IMG/VR virus record: IMGVR_UViG_3300024264_000022
Reading direction: 5' to 3' (one strand)
DNA length: 64,000 bases
Source of the DNA: an uncultured virus (IMG/VR IMGVR_UViG_3300024264_000022)
Taxonomy: Duplodnaviria > Heunggongvirae > Uroviricota > Caudoviricetes
Positions 1 through 8,945 of this stretch are shown piece after piece (the first letter of the stretch is position 1; each line of letters starts with the position of its first letter). A program made the position numbers and the translations under genes. The notes beneath the pieces are model-generated. The model saw nothing but the letters and a program-made list of their open reading frames with translations, did no database searches and had not been told where the DNA came from.

Positions 1-1197
1 TAATTTTAATGGGTCAATAATACCAGTTTTATCTGTACTTGCTCTTTTATAAGCAGTTGCAGCTTTCTTCATTTCAAATTCTTTTACAAGATATGAAACA
101 GTTTTCTTGTTATCTTTAAGAAACTTTTTGTATTTTTCTTGTAACCAAGAATCGTACTTAACAACATCTGTACCATATTTTTTAGATTCTACTTTTAGTG
201 TATCAAAAGCTTTTAAGAAATCTTTATAAGAAGTCAAACCATCTTTAAATGATGGCTCTGGAATATTACCATATATAAGACCTTTAACTTTTTCATCTAA
301 CAATTGTTCTTTTTTATTATCAAATGAATCTTGAGTCACCGCTCTTAATAGTTTATCAGACTCACTATCACCACCTGAACCAGGACCATAGTGAGTAGCA
401 GCTTCTTTACCATTCTCATCAGACTCTTTGTCTTCTTCTACGTTATTTGATTCGCCGTCTTGCTCTGCTGGTTTTTCATCATCAGCTTGCTCATCACCAA
501 AATTATTAAAATCATTTGCTTCATCACCTTTGTCCGTATTCTCTTCAATGTCTTCTTCATCATCAAAATCAAACTCATCTTTACCTAGATTGTATGATTT
601 AACAATTTCTAAATTATCAAAGTCAGGTAACTTTTTCATTTCCTGTACTTGGTCTTTTTGATATTCTAACAATTCTTTGGCTAAAGTAATTGTATCTTCA
701 AAGGTAACAATCTTGTCAACTTTAGCCAACCATTTATTATCAACATCACCAAAAACAAAAGGGAGCCTGTTAAGAGATTTACTTCTTAAATTAATTTTGT
801 CAATAATCATTAGTTCTTTATTAATGTCTTTACCCATAAGACCAAAGAAATTTTTAGTTTCAAGTATGTCAAAACCATTCATATAGTTTTTAACAATACC
901 AGGGTATTTTGCTTGAATTAATTTGTCTATTCTTGTATCTTCTAACACATTTACATATGCTCTTAACTCGGGGTCAGTAATGCCTTCCCATTCTTTATAT
1001 GGTGTATATAAAGCGTGAGCACATTCGTGAGCAATTAACATATCATATACATCACCACTTTGTTCTTTAAAGATAGGTAATGTAAGCACTCTATTTTTTA
1101 CATCAAAAGAGGCAGTTGATACTTTGTTGTGTTGAATTATTATATTCTCTGTAGCGATTAGTTTGGCTAGATAGCCTTTAACATCAAGATTTATCAT
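1..1197 (-). CDS. Partial HExxH metallopeptidase-like protein of T4-like phages (runs off the left window edge)
   Basis: Not in the ORF track; my translation: MINLDVKGYLAKLIATENIIIQHNKVSTASFDVKNRVLTLPIFKEQSGDVYDMLIAHECAHALYTP..., followed by an acidic linker. SD AAGGA precedes ATG 1197; an alternative in-frame ATG is at 1215. Confidence 0.8.
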   Translation of the reverse strand, partial: MINLDVKGYLAKLIATENIIIQHNKVSTASFDVKNRVLTLPIFKEQSGDVYDMLIAHECAHALYTPYKEWEGITDPELRAYVNVLEDTRIDKLIQAKYPGIVKNYMNGFDILETKNFFGLMGKDINKELMIIDKINLRSKSLNRLPFVFGDVDNKWLAKVDKIVTFEDTITLAKELLEYQKDQVQEMKKLPDFDNLEIVKSYNLGKDEFDFDDEEDIEENTDKGDEANDFNNFGDEQADDEKPAEQDGESNNVEEDKESDENGKEAATHYGPGSGGDSESDKLLRAVTQDSFDNKKEQLLDEKVKGLIYGNIPEPSFKDGLTSYKDFLKAFDTLKVESKKYGTDVVKYDSWLQEKYKKFLKDNKKTVSYLVKEFEMKKAATAYKRASTDKTGIIDPLKL

Positions 1198-1224
1198 AGT
1201 GTCGTCCTTTTTCATTATGTATAT

Positions 1225-1253
1225 ATCCTACAGGAGTTTTTTATGAAAGTCAA
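1225..1253 (-). promoter_or_regulatory. sigma70-type early promoter
   Basis: TTGACT-17 bp-TAGGAT on the minus strand upstream of the HExxH gene. Confidence 0.7.
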
Positions 1254-1321
1254 GCGTTAAATTAATTATTTTTTTTGTTACCAGGTAACGATTACCGACT
1301 TGATAGTGTTCTACTTTTGTT

Positions 1322-2101
1322 CTATTTTCGTATAATATCGTCTTCCCTTGTGCTGGAACCATATTGGATTTCAACGATTCGCAACGATTCGCTAGTCTCA
1401 TTTGCAAGTCTATGCCATTGTTCTCTGTTAATATGTAAATTATCAAACATTTTAAACGTTCCAAGTAAGTCTTCTCGTTTATCTGCACCGTCACCAATTG
1501 TATAAACAGTAGCCTTACCACTTGAAATGAACCAATGTTCAGCTCTTTCTTGATGTTTCTGCATTGATAAAGACTTGCCAGGCTCAACAATTAACTCTTT
1601 TACTTTTACAATGCCACTATCATTATGTAATACTTTATAGTGACCCCAATCTCTCTCCGTTGTACTGGTGACCCAATTTTCAAGTATGTTAGATGAGGAG
1701 TTAGATTTGGTAGAACCACCTACAGCAGATTCAAATTTAATCCAATCATCACTTTTAAAGTATTCAATCTCTGGTATATTGTCATTGTTTCTATCTCCAC
1801 CATTTGCAAATATAATATCTGCTAGTGGATAAAACTTCTTTACTTTTAGAATTGCGTCAATAGCTGTATCGTCATAGTCATCAAAATTGATAACATTGTC
1901 TACCGATTTTAGATTAAATAAGACTTCTCTTCTCTCGTAGAATGGTAAAAAGGATTTACCTTTTTTTCTGGTCAACCACTCATCTGAATTCAGACCTACA
2001 ATCAATACCTCACCTAGTGCTTTGGCACACTTTAGGTATTCTAAATGTCCTGAATGTAAGGGGTCAAATCCACCTGTTGCGATTACGACTCTGTGTTTCA
2101 T
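1322..2101 (-). CDS. Cytidylyltransferase-like (HIGH) domain fused to a mannose-6-phosphate isomerase-type cupin
   Basis: GGFDPLHSGH and FANGGDR motifs; C-terminal RDWGHY...SLSMQKHQERAEHW...IVEIQYG cupin signature. Confidence 0.85.
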   Translation of the reverse strand: MKHRVVIATGGFDPLHSGHLEYLKCAKALGEVLIVGLNSDEWLTRKKGKSFLPFYERREVLFNLKSVDNVINFDDYDDTAIDAILKVKKFYPLADIIFANGGDRNNDNIPEIEYFKSDDWIKFESAVGGSTKSNSSSNILENWVTSTTERDWGHYKVLHNDSGIVKVKELIVEPGKSLSMQKHQERAEHWFISSGKATVYTIGDGADKREDLLGTFKMFDNLHINREQWHRLANETSESLRIVEIQYGSSTREDDIIRK

Positions 2102-2424
2102 CTGTTGTCACCAGAGCCACCAATTACGCCTCTTGCCTGTCTGTCTTTTAGTTTTACGATATTATTGTTAGCAATGTCGGAAAGCTTAAACCCAATATCA
2201 TCAGCCAATATACTGATATACCAAAGGCAATCGCCAATTTCAGAGGATAACGCTTCACGATAATCCTTATTGTTCTCATATCCGTCTCTTAATAGTTTCT
2301 TTACTTTGTTCGCTACTTCGCCTGCTTCACCGGCAAGGCCTAGAGCTGGATATAATACAGCGTGTTTCTTGTCGTAAATTGCTGTTGACTTAGCTAATTT
2401 TTGATATTCGTCAAATGAATTCAT
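2098..2424 (-). CDS. mazG: MazG-like NTP pyrophosphohydrolase
   Basis: YPALGLAGEAGEVANKVKK...EIGDCLWY...GSGDNR. Confidence 0.9.
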   Translation of the reverse strand: MNSFDEYQKLAKSTAIYDKKHAVLYPALGLAGEAGEVANKVKKLLRDGYENNKDYREALSSEIGDCLWYISILADDIGFKLSDIANNNIVKLKDRQARGVIGGSGDNR

Positions 2425-2459
2425 TTTTATTTATATTTCCTTTTTTGAAAGTTGTTAAA

Positions 2460-3758
2460 TTATCTGCCGACATCAGCAAGATATTTTGCTTTACACTCTT
2501 CCCAATTCAAATAGATTATATCATCATAGAAATGGGTCTCTTTTGAAACTCTATCTTGTTTCTTTAAACTGTTTAATCTCTTCTTGGCATACTTGGTCTT
2601 CCATAATTCTGTTAATGCTTCTACTGAATTATCAAATTTTCTAATCAATTTATCTTCTTTAATCTCTTCTCTTAAAAATTGATTAGTGTTTTCATATAAT
2701 TCACCAAAGTAGATACCTCTAGCGTGTTCAGACTTTTGTAATTTCTTATCAATACCTAGTTTACTATATGTGAATGCTCTACTTCTATTTCTATGGTCTC
2801 TTTTATGAGGTTGACCACTATCTTTTTTAGCAACATACCATTCAAAGAATTTGTATGTGTGATTCTTCATTAACCATTGTTGTATCATAGTGTTGGTTGT
2901 TTTTTCAGGCTCATATGAAACTGAACCGGCAGTCCAACCCATTTTCTTCCAGTTTTTTAGTCTATCATATTGTGATAATGGTATTACTTTTGTCTTACCA
3001 TATAGACTAGTTGTGGTTACACCTACTAATTTGTCTTTATATTGGTGTTCCCAGGTTTTTTCAACTGTATCAGATAGGCATAAAAGTGCCAGTAGTTTGC
3101 CACCTACCAGGTTGTACCCTAAAGGTTGAATTGGTACAATTGTAGACCCGATACAGGTATGATTAATCATTCTCTGCGTCTTGGCTTCTCTTTCCCAACC
3201 AATATAATTGTCTCTAGGTGTAAGGTCTAAAAAGTCACTACTCATACAAGTGACACCAAGATACTTCTTGGTAACTTTATCTCTAATTAGAAAGTTAAGA
3301 TTTCTACCAATATTACTATTGTTTTTCATTGTAGATAAAAATGTTCTTAATGCATTCCAAATTTCAGAACCTTTGGCATTTGTATGTGAGGTAACATCTG
3401 CACCATCTGTCCATATTAATTCAGGTTGTAATTCTAAATATTCTTCGGGGTCTTCAGGTAACCAAAAATTGTTTTTAACTTCCTGTATAACTGTTGCTTG
3501 GTCAGGTCTCAACATTGCAGGCTTATCATCAAAGAATGAATTAGTTTCTGCTGTAGGGTATCTGAATTTTACTTCTTGAAATTTTTGATAAAGGGTATAC
3601 TCTTGTACTGTCATAGCAGATACAAAGGTCAAATCTTTTATGATTGTCTCTTTTAATGTATCTGTATCAATATCTGGTATTTTAGATAAGTCTGTATTAT
3701 CTTGCCAACTTTGCCATTGGTCGTCAACAGACATACCTTTCTTCCACGAATAACCCAT
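2460..3758 (-). CDS. DUF4338 / Druantia DruA-like protein
   Basis: IGRNLNFLIRD...RDNYIGW...QPLGYNLVGGKLLALL...TTTSLYG...SQYDRL motifs; ATG at 3758 (track starts at 3773). Confidence 0.7.
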   Translation of the reverse strand: MGYSWKKGMSVDDQWQSWQDNTDLSKIPDIDTDTLKETIIKDLTFVSAMTVQEYTLYQKFQEVKFRYPTAETNSFFDDKPAMLRPDQATVIQEVKNNFWLPEDPEEYLELQPELIWTDGADVTSHTNAKGSEIWNALRTFLSTMKNNSNIGRNLNFLIRDKVTKKYLGVTCMSSDFLDLTPRDNYIGWEREAKTQRMINHTCIGSTIVPIQPLGYNLVGGKLLALLCLSDTVEKTWEHQYKDKLVGVTTTSLYGKTKVIPLSQYDRLKNWKKMGWTAGSVSYEPEKTTNTMIQQWLMKNHTYKFFEWYVAKKDSGQPHKRDHRNRSRAFTYSKLGIDKKLQKSEHARGIYFGELYENTNQFLREEIKEDKLIRKFDNSVEALTELWKTKYAKKRLNSLKKQDRVSKETHFYDDIIYLNWEECKAKYLADVGR

Positions 3759-3787
3759 AATTCTCTTTCTCAATTATTAATATATTC

Positions 3788-3818
3788 ATCCTATATTAAA
3801 TTATTAGAAATGTCAAGC
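3788..3818 (-). promoter_or_regulatory. sigma70-type early promoter
   Basis: GCTTGACA-17 bp-TAGGAT upstream of the DruA-like gene. Confidence 0.7.
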
Positions 3819-4391
3819 CTTATTAGATTTTTCTAATTCTGCTATTTTGAGGTCACGTTTATATGCTTTTTCAGCCTTCTTTCTGGCCATATCAAATTTG
3901 AGTTTTGATACCTTTTCAACAAATGTAATACCCATTGTGTGGTCAAATTCGTGTTGATAGATTCGAGAGAACAGGTCTGTAAATTCTTTCTTAATTAATT
4001 TGCCATCATCATCTTCATATTCTACATTGATAGTACGTGGTCTATCAATCTTTAAAAATAGATACGGAAATGTTAAACAACCCTCTTGACCTAATAATGT
4101 CTGTTCAGAGGTTGCTACAATTCTAGGATTCCAACAAGCATACTTTTCACCGTTGTTTAGTGATAAATGATTACCCATTACAAACATTCTAAAAGGAAGA
4201 CCTGCTTGATTACAGGTAAGACCTACACCACCGTATTTTTTCATACACATAAACATTGCTTTAGAAACCTCAGCTCTATTTTCAAAGCTGTGTTCTTTTA
4301 ACATTTCATCTTTAAACGGAGCAATTGCTGTGTTTACTCTAATGTCATTTGCTGGTATTAGTCCTAATTGTTTTATTTCCTTATCTGCCAT
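3813..4391 (-). CDS. def: Peptide deformylase
   Basis: GGVGLTCNQ, EGCLT and QHEFDH motifs. Confidence 0.92.
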   Translation of the reverse strand: MADKEIKQLGLIPANDIRVNTAIAPFKDEMLKEHSFENRAEVSKAMFMCMKKYGGVGLTCNQAGLPFRMFVMGNHLSLNNGEKYACWNPRIVATSEQTLLGQEGCLTFPYLFLKIDRPRTINVEYEDDDGKLIKKEFTDLFSRIYQHEFDHTMGITFVEKVSKLKFDMARKKAEKAYKRDLKIAELEKSNKA

Positions 4392-6106
4392 TATATTGTC
4401 CCTAGTTGTGTAAAGTTTTGTACCTTTTCAAACTTTATTATGTTAGTAAATTTATCAAATAGTATATCACCTTTATGAGATATAATAAAGATATTTTCTT
4501 TTTCAAATTGTTTAATGATTTTAAAGAAATCATCCATACCTTGGCCGTCTAGTGATGAATCAAATATCTCATCTAGTATTAGTAGATTTGTATTTGTACT
4601 ATTCTTCATTCTTGCAATATCACGCCAAGTAAATAATAATGCTAAGTCTATTCTCATCTTCTCACCCTCACTAAAGTTATTATAGTTAAAGGTATCTCTG
4701 AATCTTGATTTAACTGTTTCGTTAAACTCTTCATCTAGGTTGAATGAAATATAAAAGTCCATTGCTTGTAGATATTTGTTAATAAGACTATTCATAATAG
4801 GAACATACTTACGAATGATTTGTGCTTTAGCACCTTTGTCGTTTAGTATTTCTCTTAACACATCTACATAACCTTTTTCTTCTTGTACATCTGTAAGGTT
4901 AGCGTCTGCAACACCAAGGTCTGCTGACATCTTTTCCAGTTCAAGTTTAATTGATTCTATATCTACGTCTTTATTATTGAAATTATTAATATCTAGTTGT
5001 ATTTGGTCACTATGAGATTTCAGACTTTCTAATGATGATGTTATTTTTGCCAAGTCCAAATTCATATTGGAGATTTTGTTTGAAACCTTGGAGAAAGTTG
5101 ATACTTTTTGTTCGTGTTTTGATATTTCTTCTACGAGCTGGACTAGACCACTTTCTAGTTTGGAAATTGTACCGTGTTCTTCTTCGCATTTCTTTCCCTT
5201 AAAATCTTGGTCAATCTGTTGTGTACAAACAGGACAGTTATCATTATCTTTAAAGAAGTCTAAAGTTTTCTTGTGTGTAGATATATTTGTTTCTATTTTT
5301 GTTTCTAGTTTATTCAACTGATTTAGTTTAGTTTCGACTTCTTCTTTGCCTTGTAGTTCATTTTGACTAACGGCTATCTCTTCATTCAGTTTTTGTAGTT
5401 TTGTTTCATATTCTATCTTATTTTTGTTATTTTCTTCTAGTCTATTTTGCACTACCGCCTGGTTGTCGCTACCTTTGGTCTCCAGCGTCTTTAGATACTT
5501 TGCTTCAGTTTCGTACTTGGTCTTTATTAACTCACATTGGTGCCTCACCTCCGTCAACTTTTTTTGTAAATCACTCTGTTGGGAACGTAAAATTAGGTCC
5601 ATAAGGCCAAAAACTCTAATATCAAGTATCTCTTCTACAACTTCTCGTCTGTATCTTGGTTTCATCTTCATAAACGGTTCGTAAGATGATGAGCCTAGTA
5701 ATACTACTTGAATAAAAGACCGGTAGTTTAACTTCATTATATTTTGTTCAAGATACTTTTGATAATCTATATTGTTGGCGTCTTGATTTAACTTTTTGCC
5801 GTCACAAAAAATCTCAAATATATTTGGTTTGATACCTCTACGTACTTTAAACTTTTTAGTACCAACCTCAAAGTCTACCTCAACCACACAATCACCATTG
5901 TTAATAGTATTGACCATTTGTTCTTTTTTAATAATTCTAAATGGTCTATTAAACAAGGCAAAACATAAGGCGTCAAGCAAAGTAGATTTGCCTGAGCCGT
6001 TTGTTCCTACAATTAATGTAGTTTGAGACATATCAAGATTGACAACGATAGGTACGTTACCAGTTGATAAAAAGTTTTTATAAGTTAGTCTTTTAAATAA
6101 TATCAT
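4391..6106 (-). CDS. gp46: Recombination endonuclease subunit, Rad50/SbcC-like
   Basis: Walker A GTNGSGKS, CPVC zinc hook, FSEGEKMRIDLAL signature, LILDE Walker B. Confidence 0.95.
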   Translation of the reverse strand: MILFKRLTYKNFLSTGNVPIVVNLDMSQTTLIVGTNGSGKSTLLDALCFALFNRPFRIIKKEQMVNTINNGDCVVEVDFEVGTKKFKVRRGIKPNIFEIFCDGKKLNQDANNIDYQKYLEQNIMKLNYRSFIQVVLLGSSSYEPFMKMKPRYRREVVEEILDIRVFGLMDLILRSQQSDLQKKLTEVRHQCELIKTKYETEAKYLKTLETKGSDNQAVVQNRLEENNKNKIEYETKLQKLNEEIAVSQNELQGKEEVETKLNQLNKLETKIETNISTHKKTLDFFKDNDNCPVCTQQIDQDFKGKKCEEEHGTISKLESGLVQLVEEISKHEQKVSTFSKVSNKISNMNLDLAKITSSLESLKSHSDQIQLDINNFNNKDVDIESIKLELEKMSADLGVADANLTDVQEEKGYVDVLREILNDKGAKAQIIRKYVPIMNSLINKYLQAMDFYISFNLDEEFNETVKSRFRDTFNYNNFSEGEKMRIDLALLFTWRDIARMKNSTNTNLLILDEIFDSSLDGQGMDDFFKIIKQFEKENIFIISHKGDILFDKFTNIIKFEKVQNFTQLGTI

Positions 6107-6786
6107 TATGCTCTTGGATGCTTTGCGTCTTGGTCTATTGCTGTTTCGATAATACCAGATTTTTCATTTGGATTTTTGAAAAAGAAATTACCTGATACAC
6201 TAATTCTAGTACCCTCTGATTTGAAAGGGATAACTTCGTGTCGTAATAATGCTGGAAAAATCCACATATCACCTTTTTTAGGAACATAACCATACGTATG
6301 TGAAGCCCATTCTGGAAATTGTGGTTCTCCATAATGAAAACAAATACCACCAGGTCCTACACTTCTACCTTGATACTCTTCTCGTTCTTTTTCTAAATCA
6401 GGCGTTTCTAAATAAATTACCCAAGTTATTTGTCCACTATGATGATGAACAGGATTAGATTCTCCTGATTTCATAAAGTTAATCCATAAACTCATCAATT
6501 CAAATTTATCTGTCCAACCTTTTGACCACTCACCACCTCTAAAGTGACAATTTTTTCTAGCGTAATCTGAAATGTATGGTTGAAATGCCTCTACAAACCA
6601 TTTTTTGTCTTCACTAGAATAACCACGTTGGTCTTCTATCACACCTGCTAGTTCTTTATTACCACTACCTGGTGTTTTTTGTTGTGCTCTTTCTAATAGT
6701 CCATTGATTAGATTATCGTCTGCTGTATAATTATATACAAACGGACCAAAATTTGCACCAAAATTACCTTTTACTTCTACTGTCAT
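6106..6786 (-). CDS. Putative 2OG-Fe(II) oxygenase
   Basis: LWINF...ESNPVHHH...WVIYL...IFPALLRHEVIPF...RISVSGN pattern. Confidence 0.75.
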   Translation of the reverse strand: MTVEVKGNFGANFGPFVYNYTADDNLINGLLERAQQKTPGSGNKELAGVIEDQRGYSSEDKKWFVEAFQPYISDYARKNCHFRGGEWSKGWTDKFELMSLWINFMKSGESNPVHHHSGQITWVIYLETPDLEKEREEYQGRSVGPGGICFHYGEPQFPEWASHTYGYVPKKGDMWIFPALLRHEVIPFKSEGTRISVSGNFFFKNPNEKSGIIETAIDQDAKHPRA

Positions 6787-7829
6787 TCACTTGCCTCACT
6801 ATATAGCTCTTTTGCAAAAGCTTTTAATTTTTGTTTGTCTAGGTCTGTATTTGTTTGGTCAATATAGTTTCCTAAAAATGTTAATGTATCTTCGCCTTGT
6901 TCAATTATATCCTGTTTAACAGACACATTAACATCTGACATATCTTCAATAACGTCAACCGAGTGTACATTGATTTGATTGTACAGTTTATCCATCAAGT
7001 TATTAAACATATCATTATCTGTTTTTTGAGATATAATTAGTTTAACAAAACACTCATCATATGGTGTAATGTCAAATTCATTGTAATTAGTTTGTTTATC
7101 ATCATAAATTATTTTCTTAAACATCTTAATATTATTTGATACTCTTGTCAAGTCTCTGGTGTCTGTATCAAATATATGAAATCCTTTTGGACAATTATAA
7201 TCTGACCAAGTCATTTCATATTGTGTTCCCATATAATATATTTGGCCATCATCTGACTTCTTGTGAAAGTGTCCTGATAATACTTTTTCAAACCTTTTAA
7301 ACATAGACTTCTCTTGTCCGTGGTCGTTAAAATGTCCGTTGTGCATTTCAAAGCCTTTGACTTCTAAATGACCCATTGCAATAGGTGAGGTACTATTCTT
7401 AATTTTCTCTACTGATTCTACTTCGTTATCGTCACAAATCCAAGGTATGAATAGTATAGGTAAGTTATCAAATTCAACCTCTGTTGTTTGTGTGTATACT
7501 TTAGAATTTTTATTAATCTCTAAATTCTGTAAAGCGTTTACTTCATTTGTATTCTTGTAATATGTGTCGTGATTGCCAATGATAATATGTGTATCAATAC
7601 CATCTTCTTCTAGTTTATTCCAAAAATGATTTTTGAAATTGTGTGCTGTATTGTGGTTAATAAACTTTCTTCTATCTACCACATCACCTAGATGTATCAA
7701 CGTTTTAATATTATTTTCTTTTAGATAAGGAAAAAATAGTTCATCATAAAATCTATTCTGATATTTTATAAAAGCTGGACTATCGTTTCTCACACCAAAG
7801 TGAGTATCGTTTAATATCGCTATCTTCAT
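6783..7829 (-). CDS. gp47: Recombination endonuclease subunit, Mre11/SbcD-like
   Basis: DTHFG, GDVVD, GNHD and SGHFH phosphoesterase motifs; near gp46. Confidence 0.95.
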   Translation of the reverse strand: MKIAILNDTHFGVRNDSPAFIKYQNRFYDELFFPYLKENNIKTLIHLGDVVDRRKFINHNTAHNFKNHFWNKLEEDGIDTHIIIGNHDTYYKNTNEVNALQNLEINKNSKVYTQTTEVEFDNLPILFIPWICDDNEVESVEKIKNSTSPIAMGHLEVKGFEMHNGHFNDHGQEKSMFKRFEKVLSGHFHKKSDDGQIYYMGTQYEMTWSDYNCPKGFHIFDTDTRDLTRVSNNIKMFKKIIYDDKQTNYNEFDITPYDECFVKLIISQKTDNDMFNNLMDKLYNQINVHSVDVIEDMSDVNVSVKQDIIEQGEDTLTFLGNYIDQTNTDLDKQKLKAFAKELYSEASE

Positions 7830-8362
7830 TATTTCTTTTTCTTAACTACTTTTTTAGGTTTCTTGTCTTTCTTGTCTTCTTCGGATGTTTCTTCTCTAGG
7901 TAAATTAGCTCTTAAATATTCACTAAACTGATTTTTAAAATCTCTATCTTCACCTGGATGTAAGGTCATATCGTCATAATTACCCTCTGCAATCATCTTT
8001 TGTTTGATTGTAGTTTGTTTCTTTTCTTTTTGTATTCTACGAATAAATGCATAATATATAATTTGTGTGAAATATGCAAAAGGGTTATTAGATTTATCTG
8101 GATTAAAATTGCCTAGGTATTGTAAACAGTTTTCTATACCATCAGAAATCATATCGTCTCTGTATGTGTAATTAATAAAGTTTGGTCTATACGATAAGTG
8201 ATTAGCTATTTTTAAAAAGCAACTACCAATATAATCGGTTACTGGTGGTTTAGGTTGTTTCTTCTTTTCAGCCAATAGTACAGAGTTTCTATACTCAACC
8301 ATAGCAGCTAAGAATTCTTTGTTATTTACGTAATGTTCTGGTTTTGATTTTTGTCTTGCCAT
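7829..8362 (-). CDS. gp55: Late-transcription sigma factor
   Basis: HYVNNKEFL...RPNFINYTYRDDMISDGIENCLQY..NF.PDKS.NPFAYFTQI. Confidence 0.95.
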   Translation of the reverse strand: MARQKSKPEHYVNNKEFLAAMVEYRNSVLLAEKKKQPKPPVTDYIGSCFLKIANHLSYRPNFINYTYRDDMISDGIENCLQYLGNFNPDKSNNPFAYFTQIIYYAFIRRIQKEKKQTTIKQKMIAEGNYDDMTLHPGEDRDFKNQFSEYLRANLPREETSEEDKKDKKPKKVVKKKK

Positions 8363-8382
8363 AATATCCTCATTTAAGATTC

Positions 8383-8411
8383 ATAATATCTTATTTTTAT
8401 CTAATTGTCAA
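8383..8411 (-). promoter_or_regulatory. sigma70-type promoter for gp55
   Basis: TTGACA-17 bp-TATTAT on the minus strand. Confidence 0.7.
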
Positions 8412-8436
8412 TGCCAAGATTAATTTCAAATTAAGG

Positions 8437-8464
8437 TTGACAATGTTTTTTTCCTGTGTATAAT
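8437..8464 (+). promoter_or_regulatory. Consensus sigma70 promoter in antisense orientation
   Basis: TTGACA (8437-8442), 16 bp, TATAAT (8459-8464) on the plus strand. Confidence 0.6.
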
Positions 8465-8495
8465 GAGCGGTGTAGCGTTTTCAAGAACACCTCCT

Positions 8496-8945
8496 TTAAT
8501 GGATAGTTTTCTCAAACTCATCATCATCTTCCCATTCTTCAAATATCTCTCTAATCTTCTTTTGGTCTTCCGAAGTTAATTCTTTAGCTTCATAAGACTT
8601 TACACCAGTACCTTGTTGTGGTGGCCTTATTGTATGATACTCTCTTGATATTTCACCATATTGTTTAGTCATTTCTTTAGTAGCACCAGCAATGGTCATT
8701 ATCTTATCTTTTGGAATAGTAATAATATTATCAGGAGAAAAGTTTACCCAACGAATCAAAGCAATGTAATCTTTAAATCCTTGAGGTGTAAACTGTGGAA
8801 TATATTTAACTTGTAATGGTTTTTCTAATCTTAATAAAGGCGAATCATCTGGTAACTGATTATCTTTTTCCGGTAAATGACAAACTATGTCATCACCATT
8901 AATCAGTTTAATTAACTTTATATTTGTTTTAATTTGTTGGTGCAT
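8496..8945 (-). CDS. Conserved T4-like protein downstream of uvsW, possible Sm-like fold
   Basis: IKLIKLINGDDIV N-terminal pattern, acidic tail, position between uvsW and gp55. Confidence 0.65.
   Translation of the reverse strand: MHQQIKTNIKLIKLINGDDIVCHLPEKDNQLPDDSPLLRLEKPLQVKYIPQFTPQGFKDYIALIRWVNFSPDNIITIPKDKIMTIAGATKEMTKQYGEISREYHTIRPPQQGTGVKSYEAKELTSEDQKKIREIFEEWEDDDEFEKTIH

Noticed and set aside
1228..1590. Alternative-frame minus ORFs (also 6135-6350, 9135-9341, 14123-14503, 27312-27554, 37879-38142, 47423-47677)
   Set aside because: Nested in well-supported genes in another frame, with no motifs or SD.
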